Shown: piece after piece, positions 53,760 to 64,000 of the stretch
Numbering within the stretch: position 1 is the first letter of the stretch
Layout: the number at the start of each line of letters is the position of its first letter
Assembly (NCBI GenBank): GCA_038496445.1
Contig: JALMLS010000577.1
Location: 868,001 to 932,000 of the forward strand
DNA: 64,000 nucleotides
Direction: 5' to 3'
Origin: Trichosphaerium sp. ATCC 40318
Lineage: Eukaryota > Protista > Tubulinea
Made by a program: the position numbers and the translations under genes
Notes under the pieces: model-generated
Seen by the model: the letters and a program-made list of their open reading frames with translations, nothing else
What the model was told of the DNA's origin: nothing
The model's database searches: none

Positions 53760-56700
53760 ATGGATCACCCTGCTAACGCTAGCAACTCTGAAGGAAGTGA
53801 TAGCGCATTAGAACAATTCGATACTTCATTCGAGCTTGCCGATAGCACCGCACCTCAAGTCGACTGGGTTGACCTTCCAAAGTACTAAATACCCGTTTAT
53901 GTTGTTTACAACGCTCTAAATTAGTTTAGGAAAGAAATAATAAAAAGCTGCTTCAAGTCAGTGACTAGCTTTCCTCATAATGTGCACAAAGCTCTCGACG
54001 CTAAAATGGCTTCATTTTTTGCTCAGCTGGGTAGAATTGCACGTGCTAGCAGTAGGCGGAGAAAAGTTATTTTTCTGAACTATTTTAGGTTGCTGTTTTC
54101 CCAATCTACATAATAGTGTTTTCTCTCATTCTCACTGTTATTCTTGGCCTTGGTTTCATACGTCTTAAAGCAGTACGATAACACATGGAAATTGCAAGTG
54201 TTCACGTGAATATTTAGGGAGCATTGCGGGACGCTTGGGTACCTGACGGTAAGTACTAGTAATGTCTGTCTCTTGGGTCTTTCTCACCTTTTCCTTAGTA
54301 TCGAGTGCGATTGCTCACGAACAAACTATTCAAGAGAACTACGGGACGTATAAAATATCTGCTCTCGTGGTAACAAATAAAACTACTGGGTACGCATGCG
54401 ACTAAATCACGTGACTGAAACGCAACAATTTACTTGGGTTCTTTAGTGGTGACGCTTTGACTGCTCCCATACTTGTAGAATTATTACATCTTCATCGTGC
54501 TCTACTGAACTTCACTGTTGTATTCGAAGACGATACATATTCATTTGATGATTTATGTATGAGACCTCACCCTTTCACTGGGTGTGCCATTGTCTCAGTT
54601 TTGGATTTATGGAATAACGACGAAGCTGCCATACTGAGTGATAAGGTAGATATTTCAAAAAAAATAGTACGAGCTAAGAGATTTAGAACTTGTATAAAAC
54701 CTTGAATGATGGTTTGAAGAATCATCCAAACCTTCCTCGACTCCTCGGAGGTGTTAATAGTGTATCTGGATACATAACAAAGATTGAAGGGATAGCAATA
54801 GCTTATGCTATACATGATTCAACAGCGGATAAAGCTCCATGGACTTCATGGGAAGTTAATTGGCTTGACATAGTTGGTGGTAAAGAACATGACAATTTCT
54901 TTGCTTACAAGACAAACAACGTACTAAATAGACGTGAGATATTTTACTCATTAATCTTAGCGTGCAGATAGGATAGAAGTCAACAGAGCTACAAGAGGCG
55001 ATGTTAAGTTATTTTTAAGTAAGTCGTATTTTTCTTGATTTTTTCTCACTTTTCTGATACAGTAACGTTTTCTGTTATGATGGTATATGTTGCTTTCGCT
55101 CTTGGTGGTATTCACCCTAAAAAATCGAAGATATTGGTTGGCATAGGAGGAATTTTCAGCGTAATAATAGCCATAATATGCGGGTTCGAATTTTATACTT
55201 CAAACGAATTTGTGTACTTTTTTGACCAAAGATGTTGTTCAGATTTGGCTTGATGGGTTTCTTAGGCGTAAAATTTAACGCCACATTTGTTGGGATACCA
55301 TTCTTAATTTTAGGTACCTGAAAATAACTAAACAGCTTTTGATCATTTTTGTTGCTGCTGAAACCGCCGTTGGAAGTAACTTCTACTCAACAATACCCTA
55401 GGTATTGGTGTTGATGATATGTTTATTATTGCACATGCATATGAACGTACCAACAAGCGCCTCTCTATTCCCCTCAGACTATCTGCAGCGCTTCGAGAGA
55501 GTAAGTAAATACTTAATTTTCTTGACTAACAGAACGTTCTCTAGTCGGTGGTTCTATCACAATGACGTCTGTAACAGACGTTGTAGCATTTTCTGTTGGT
55601 ATTGGAAATGTAATACCTGCGCTTAGACACATGTGCGCAAATGCCGTTGCATGTGTCATATTTGACTATATCTTTCAAGTACTTACATACACATTAGCTC
55701 GTTTTAATTCTTCTGTAGATAACTTTCTTTTGTGCTTGCTTAGTCCTTGATGAGCAACGGCGCTCGAAAAGTAAAGGACAAGGACAATATAGTGTTGTAT
55801 CTGACGAGAAAGACGATCACGAGCCCGAAGAAGGCATTGTGGGATTAAATGGAGATACAGAGAATGGGCATGATACTGACGAAGGAGAAAATAATGATAG
55901 TGATGATGTAGTTATCAAAGAACATAAAACATGGCGCCAGAAGTGCTGGTCCATTCTCACATTGGAGAATAGTCTATTGAACACCTTCTTTGAAAAGTTC
56001 TTCGGACCTTTCATGACAAAGAGCAGAATATTTGCTATCGTGATTGTACGAATTCTCTTTTGTTTGCAGTAATGTTAACTTTGTCGTAGTTGCTTATATC
56101 TATTGCATTGCTCGTTTTGGGCATAATAGGTAGTACACAGGTAGATACAGGTGTATCACAACATGATGTACTTCCAAGGGAAACATTCCTGCACGATTTC
56201 GCTGACATTGAAATAAAGTATTTTGGGGTACACAAAACACTGTGATAAAAGAAGTGTTGTTAACTTTTCTGTAGAGTCTTCGTCTTGGTTTTGGTGTCTA
56301 CCTAGGAAAAATAGACTATACAGATCCTATAGTCCACGTAAAAATTAAGAATCTTCTTAGTGACTTACGGGCATCCCCAGTCATAGTAGCAGAATCAGTT
56401 CATAGTTGGTACCTTATTGAATTTTTTGTTCTGTTTCTTCATTTTTTGGTATTGTTATTCTCGTTTCTGACAGTTATCATTTAGGTGGGAGGATTTTGTA
56501 GAATGGAACAGTACTGCGCCACAAATTAAACCTCCTCAAAACCTTGACGATATTGATTTCCGTCAGTTCTTAAACTTGACAAGTTTTAACGGCAGCCTTG
56601 AAGACATAGAAGTAATGACCCTTGCAAAAGAAATGGGCCTCACATTCGATAACTCAAGGAGTACGCTTTTGGAATGCCACGTGTGCGAAGGTTTCGTTGT

Positions 56701-57698
56701 TAACTGAAACTAATAGCGAGTACATTTTACGTTCGTTTGTTCCAGTGGCTTATTCAACCAGAAAAGTTTAAGCGATATGCTGGAGATTTGGTTTTTCAAT
56801 TTGGTGTTTTAAAGATGTCTGCGTTTCATGCATCTTTTGAGCCTGTCAGAAAAGACTTGGAAAAAGCATCGAGCATGCTTGTATGTCCAAAATAACTTTC
56901 CCTTTTGCCTTTGTTTCAAACAGACATTAAAGAACTTTAGGCTGTTGAGAAGCTCTGCGCATCTCATGATTTGGATGTATTTCCTTTTAATCAGAGGTTT
57001 CTAATATGGCAACAGTTCGTAAACTTATTAGGCAGGAATCTGAAACAGTTCGCCTTGGCTGCATGTGCGTAATCTCTTTTTTTTTTTTGAATGCAAAAGA
57101 GTTTATAAACAATCAGTTCTAATAGTAAGGTATTTATAGTGGCTATATTCGTTGTTGTTTGGTTATTCCTTGGTGATGTTAAAGTGTCACTGCTCGTGAT
57201 TTTTAGTATCATTCTCATAGACATTGATATGTTTGGGTACTTTTCATTGTTTTTTATAAGCACAGCTATTCACTCGTTTGTTTAGTGTTATGTTTATTTG
57301 GTCTATTCCTTTGAATAATGTAGGATTGGTATTACTACTTATTAGTATTGGTCTAGCTGTAGATTCATGTGCGCATATTGGTCATGCGTTCATATCTCAA
57401 GACAAGGTAAGAAACACTTTTATTTTTGAACTTTTTTTGACTGATTTGATTATAATTTTAGAGCTTGTCTGTCAGTGAACGTATTACTCTTTCACTTTCT
57501 AAAATGGGAAGCTCTGTATTAAGTGGATCATTTACAAGCTTTCTTGGAATTCTAGTACTTGGTGCAGCAGAGCATAATATTCTTCTGTTGATGTTCAAGT
57601 TTTTCTTTGCCATATTTTTGCTCGCTATGTTTCAAGGGTTATGTACCCTACCTCTCATGCTGCAATATTTTAGATGTAATAAATGTAACAAAAAATAA
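53760..57698 (+). CDS. Patched/NPC1-family sterol-sensing-domain membrane protein; multi-exon
   Basis: PFLIL-GIGVDDMFII, GGSITMTSVTDVVAF, SIGLAVDSCAHI, MGSSVLSGSFTSFLGILVL. Confidence 0.92.
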
Positions 57699-57904
57699 AC
57701 AAGTAATGCGTGGTAATAAGTCCGTACCAGCTGTATTTTACAAACGGCTCTACAACGAGTGTAGAGTACAAAAAAAGGGTTCCGAATTTTGCAAAAAAAC
57801 TGGAATCAAAACGCTCAACTTTCTAATAAACATTGAGCTGTAATACAATCTTGATTGATGTCACTTTCACAATTACACTATTATAAACAAAAAGACTATC
57901 GAAT

Positions 57905-59520
57905 ATGATCCCCAGTGAGCTACTTATGTGGGTATGTGATTGTCAGGCATTTATTTCCTTGTCGAAATCCCTCTCAATACTCCAGCAACCCACGTTACCT
58001 TCAAACGTACAACTTCATTAACATCCCTGTAGAGTCGATATCAAAGCACAAAGTCAGAGTGCTATGTTAGGCGGCACAGTATCAGTATTCGATGAGTGTT
58101 CACTTAGTTTAAAAATAGTTTATTACAACTTTTTAAAGTGAACAAATTGGTTTTCAAAAAAATTGGTACCTGCATAAAGTATTAAACGAGTGCATAAAGC
58201 AAAAACGTTTACGTAACTTTTTTTGGACAGAAAACAGTGATTGAAATTTACCTTCTTCAATGGTTTATTTACTAGCCCACAACAGCAACAATGTGTATCT
58301 ATGCACTCTTTGGTTATGATCGATTTGACAGTTTGCACCATAGCTATGATAACTCAAACGGAGATATCGAACTTAGTCTTTGGAATTGCCACAAAGTTAC
58401 TGACAAAGGCATATTTGTTGAATGGCATCTCAGAAAGAACAAGTATTACAGAAGAAGGAACAATTCAAACCATTTTCAAGAGCGCCAGACCAGTTCTGTT
58501 CCATCGCAATACTAATTAATCAAGCCACTTTGTTTTGATACTAAAGCATTGAAAAAAAAGCTGACGAATATGACCTTGCGTACTACTTACGAGGGACGGA
58601 TGAATCAGGCATTTATAACCTTGTCAAACCTCAATAAACCGACACCGTCGGATTATTTCAGTACTAACTACATTAATTCCCCTACCAAGGTGACTTCATA
58701 GCACTAAGGCACAGCACTATAGATGACTAGCAATTTCATACTGTTTGCTTGACACTGGAACGCGGAGCGCTAACATTTATGCTCTATCTTTCTCATAATA
58801 AAAAATTGTGGTATCGTGATAGTATTGTACACGACTAGGAAACGGCCATGGCAGTTTCAGTTGAAGCACAACTCTCAAGATGAAAATCACTCAAAATTGA
58901 AAGAATTCTCACTTTCACAACAAGTTGTTATCAATTTGATTCACAAGGTGTAATATGTTGCGCAAACGTAGGCACGACAAGAAAGAAGCTTTCAACCCGT
59001 TTGCTTCATTTTCTTGGTAAACCGCTGTAGACATCGCGCACAATGTCGTATATAACGCTTCAAGGCTGCGTAAAGCGCTTTAACTCGTTTTGGTTAGTTA
59101 TTTCCTCTCAATTGGCATTTTAACGGCACGCTGCCCATTTTATCAGTTGCATTGTGAATACGATTTACGGCAATGAGCGATTGCAAAGAAGTATCTCTGA
59201 GAGGTTTTCTTCTTGAACTTACTGTAGCCAAATTTGGTGATGTTATACTAATGTCCCAAGTTCGTGGCACGTTACAAAAACTGAAGCCAAAATATCAATG
59301 AAAAAAAGGTTACAAATATGAGCCACACACTCTACTGAGAATGGTTTAAGAATCAGGCATTTATAACCATGTCATAGAATCATATCTGGATTGATCCCCC
59401 GAGGAGGCGACAACGAAGCACTAAGTCATAGTGCCTCGAGACTGGCGCAGCGTTTTCATATTTACAGACTAAGGAATATCTCACCTTGAAAACAAAAATT
59501 GTGGGTATAGGCGTTAAGTG
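57905..59520 (+). pseudogene. Three tandem degenerate F-box/LRR relics (~700-bp spacing)
   Basis: CAGGCATTTAT leaders at about 57941, 58602, 59350; NFINIPVE / NYINSP / WIDPP; LRR remnant IELSLWNCHKVTDKGI. Confidence 0.75.
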
Positions 59521-59873
59521 TAGTTTCTGTTGGTTGTTGCTGGAACAACATGCGCCTTGCAATTCGACGCGATTCGCATTCGTTTTACGTATTTTCAGTT
59601 TTTCAACTTTTCAACTTTTCGGCTTCGCCGCTCGAAGTGTAATGCTTCTAAAACCCATTACAATAACACGGAAATATATTTCTGCGCTATTTAAGCCCAT
59701 TGGACCGTTTTCTAGGTATTGTAAACAATTTGACAAAAAAAATTTGCGTTGTACGAACTGCAAAGTCCTTCGTTAACCTGCCTTAATTCTAGCCAGTGTT
59801 GTAGAACACTGAAGAGAATATTACAGACTGAAACGAAAAAAGAAACAGAAATATTTTTTTATTTGCCCTTGTT

Positions 59874-62800
59874 TTAGTGGTCAGCCAAAAGAGAAACTTC
59901 AGCAGCTACACCTTCGATGTGATTATCATGGAAGTGAATCTTGAGTGTAACAGTTCCTTCAACATCCTTAGAGTTAGAAGCATCCTTCAATGCAACAGTA
60001 GCTTCATGTAATTCGCCATCCAAGTGCTAAAAACATGATTAATAAAAGACAACAAATAACCTTCTGTACCTGGCTGGTCAAGTGCAAAGCACCTTGTAAG
60101 ATGAGCTTATGTTTTCTAAATGTATGTGCGCTGTAAACTTGTACTGTAAGTACAGCTTGTGGAAGCATTGATGTGAGATTAGGCACAACAAAACTGAACA
60201 AATCATCAAACTCAGGAGCCAAGCTGTTAGTAACAGTTCTTGTTTTCTTCTCGATACCAAAGAAACGAATATTGACATAAGAGTCAAGAGAACCTACAAG
60301 CAGACAGTGTAAGAAAACAGGCACGAAAAGGGCTCAAGGTCAAAAAGTGATAGCGCATTACGTACCAAAGTAGTCAAGTTTTGGCAATTTGGCGGCTTTT
60401 ACAACGTACAAACTCAAAGAGCTTGTGGTAGTACCAGCCATCTTTTTAACCTTTTCTGAGATAGCAGAAGCCTTATTCTTAAGGTCTTGGTGCTTGTTGA
60501 GTGCTGATCCGAGTACTTTCTCCATGCACTTAAGCTCAGAAGCGAATGATTCGCTTGAAGCAACAATCTCAGCCTCAAGCATTTGTTTAACAATCTTTGA
60601 GTTCTCAACACTTGCGTCAAGTCCTTCAATAGATACATCAATCTCATCTTTATCATCAGAGATTTGCTAAAAAGATGTCAACAACAAGAAGAAGAGAAAA
60701 AAAAAGGAAGAGCGCTTTGAGTACGTACAGGAGCCTTTAGTTTCTTGAATGTAACAACATCTGTCTTCAAGTGAAGAGATACATCACCTGAACCACCTTC
60801 ACGGATAGTCCACCAGCGATCACCTTGTCCACTCTTTCCTCGTACGAGGGTAGATACAGCGAAAGATATTTCACCCAATAATACAGATTGAGACTTTGTA
60901 TCATCGAAAACGCTGACAGTGATGTAATCATCATCTGTCTTTGAAGCAACATCAGACGACCATTTAAGGTTAAGCTCAGTCTGATCAGGACCAATATCCA
61001 CAGTTTGGGTACGTTTTCTTGTATTTCCCATCTTAATGAGAAGATGAACTGGACATGCTTTAGGCATGCCTGTAAGTTCAAGAATAGCCATTGTAATACG
61101 GCCTTAACAGGCGTTAGTTTTATTGCTTCAGCAAGCAATATGTACCTGTTGGTTTAGAGTCGCTCATGGCTCCTTGAAGCTCTGTCTCAGCATTCTTCAT
61201 GGCCTTTCTCAAACGAGCTACAGATATGTGCAAGTAGTCGCGTACACTAATAGCACGTCCTACGAGCGTCTGGAGAGACGACCGAGCGACCTTACCCTAG
61301 AAAGGCAAAGTCAAAAAAAAACTAATCTCATCGCAAGAGCGTACCTGATCGGTAAGAGAGGAATATTCCAAATCAAGATGTAAATTACCCTTGACTTTAC
61401 CCTTCTTGTTTACAACCTCAAACCTGTACACGTATCGTCAGCATGTAGCACTATAATTTATTTGAAAAACGCACCATGAGTCTTGTTTGCTCTTCAACAA
61501 ATCAGTGATTTGTACTTCAATGGAACCCATCTCTTCATCCGAACCAACCTAGTAGCAATTGTAAGTAACAATACACAATAAATCTCACTATACCATATCG
61601 TGGTCGAATAATGTGAGAGTAACACTAGCACTAGTAGTTGTGATATCAAAAGCGAATGATTCATCAAACGTTGGGTTCAATGTGCTCTTTTGTGTCTTTG
61701 TTGTTTCCTTTGAGTTTTCGCATGTAATGACAACATATGGGTCACATTTACCGAGAATATCAGTCTTTGATAGGTCCTTACCCTCGATAACTTGAGAGAA
61801 GCGAGTCAGTACGAAAGAAAAATTATGTTAGTTTACCTTTAACTTGCAAAGATCCAATAGCATTTGGTCTACATTTAGCGTAGTACTCTTGGTCAAAGGC
61901 ATCTTGGAGACCAGTGACAGCAAGGTTCATGTCTTTGGTCATCTGTTGTACCATCTGGTAAAAGTGTGCACGCACTTTCTTTGCTTGATCTGAGGAATGG
62001 TAATTAGCATGGAAACTAACTGTAAGTACGACGTACCCAATCCTTGATCTAGCGTTTCTGGAAGAGGATAATTCTTCTTGACCTTAGCAGGTCCCTTGAC
62101 ATTTGCAGTAGCTGGAACATCGGCGGCTGGAGATGGAGCAGTACCATCAGCAGCAGGTGCAGAAGCATCGGCCGGAGCGTTGTCATCAGTAGAAGCTGAG
62201 GAATCCTCGCCTGCTGTATCAGCTGGAGCATCAAAGACAATATCGCCAGGTAGAACGCTATCATTTGCGGCAGTATCGTCACCAGTGCTATCATCAGTCG
62301 TTGCATCAGCAGGTGCAGTGTCAGTCGTAACAGGTGCTGTATCGGTTGCTGGCACAGCATCAGTATCAGCAGTAGCATCATCAGTAGTGTCGTCAGCAGG
62401 TACTGCAGTATCATCGCCGGGCGCTGCATCATCAGCAGGCGCTGCAGTATCATCAGTTGCTGACGCTACAGTGTCATCTGTTGATGTAGTAGTGTCATCT
62501 GCAGGCGCAGTAGTATCAGCTGGTGTAGTTGCCGCGGCCGCAGGGGTTGCTGGTGCGGTGGTGTCATCTTCTTCTTCTGTTTCCAGTTGGGTGTAGCTGA
62601 GCCTTTTCGATGAGTTAGCTAACAAGTACCAACAATGGGTATTAAGTAAAAGGCACATACTTTACTCTGACTTCTCCGGAGTCGTCTTTCTTGCCTTGAA
62701 TCTTGTACCATTCATCTGTTGGCTGGTTAACAGCCTTAGATAAAGGTAGTTCAACAAAACCAATAACATCATTCGAGCCAACGGCATCATGATCTAGAAT

Positions 62801-64000
62801 CTCAACCTTTACGGTGCTGGTTGGGTCACGCTAAGTTTGAACGATTAACAATTATCGAAATAGCTATCTGAAGCAAAACGAAAATAGACAGGTAACATAC
62901 CACAGACAAGAGGAATTGTTGACTCCACACAGGATCGAGCTATTAGAATATAAGAAATTATGATCGAATAAGCATTCAGCAAAAGTATGGTTTCGTATTT
63001 CGTACCGTGTCCTTGACAACCTTACTCTTGGTGCTATCTCCTTCGAAGGAGATGACAGCAAAGGCATCTGTTGTACCGATAGTATCGGTTTTTGGCAAGT
63101 TCTTTGCCTCAACAAGTGTTACTTGAACAGCACCAACAGCGCTAGGTCTGCAGTATGTAAAGTAGTCATCAACAAATGTTTCGCCAATATTCTTGATGGC
63201 GGTACGCAATTGTACACTGAGCGAATGTGCAGGTCCAAAGGCTACGTCAAAACGACGTTTAAAGTCCTTCAAAGATACCTAATTGTTTTTAGAGATTTGT
63301 CAACTCCTAAAAAAAACGTCCAAAAAAAGCGCACTGTCTGGTCTTTTGCGGCAGCGTCTTCTTCAGCAAACTCTTTGTTACATGTATCAACAGCATAGTC
63401 GAGACTTCCCATGAGATCTGTAATCAAAGTAGCTTGATCAGAGTTCTTGCCAACAAAGTATTTGTGTAGACTCTTGGCTTGAATGAGCAATTGTTCGACG
63501 GTATCTAAAGCAAGTAAGTTCAAGTGTTTGATAGCGAAGACTGAGCATACCCGTAGAGTTTGTCTTTTCTTGGTCATCCTTGGATTTCTCAACGTAATCA
63601 AGTACGATGTACAAGCGCGATTGTTCGGCTTTTTTGCCTTCAATCTTGTACCAACCTTCGCTGGTCTTATTTTTAATAACATCCTCGAGATTGATGCTAA
63701 CAAGGCCGATGAGCTCATCCTTCTTTGGTGGGAGATCATTATCAAAGACTTGCAATTGCAATGGTTCAGGGTTCTATTATAACTTTAATACTAGCTCAAA
63801 CTCATAAAAAATAAAGTGACGTACATCGCCCAAACCGAATTCAAAGTGTTCATTCCATGCAGGGTTGCTGTCATCATCAATTGTCTTTGTTTTCTCTTCT
63901 TGTTCACCAAGACTGAGTCGGACAAAACCATCAGTTTTACCAAAGGTATCGAGTTTAGGCAAACGTTCTGCCTTGGCAATGACAACCTATTTATCTTTTA
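59874..64000 (-). CDS. Multi-C2-domain protein (at least 5 C2 domains in the window), 5' end outside the window; multi-exon
   Basis: Repeated LPK(L/T)DxxGxxDx(F/Y), KTK...NPAWNEHFEF, VFDND...DELIG; acidic Ala/Thr/Asp/Pro tract at about 62080-62590. Confidence 0.9.

Overview
AT-rich, intron-dense eukaryotic DNA with short GT-AG introns and the standard genetic code. The gene content suggests an amoebozoan-like protist (inference). Housekeeping genes: two LRR-containing dual-specificity phosphatases, 14-3-3, a CH/coiled-coil actin binder, squalene synthase, a beta-propeller lactonase, a DENN-ankyrin-DH/PH protein, RCC1-like, F-box/NHL, a methyltransferase, Patched/NPC1-like and a multi-C2 protein. 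These alternate with accessory zones holding about 14 mostly dead F-box/LRR paralogues and a decayed Crinkler-like nuclease+kinase gene. The centre is a ~10.7 kb non-LTR retrotransposon (RRM ORF1; APE-RT-RNase H-zinc finger ORF2; (CAAA)n tail) interrupted by two TIR elements. Its three remaining reading-frame lesions can each be removed by a GT-AG intron, so it may be an intron-bearing LINE. Three unrelated TIR elements have 2-bp target duplications (TG, AT, TA), and precise removal of each restores the reading frame at its site. Coordinates of multi-exon genes were derived by eye and are approximate.
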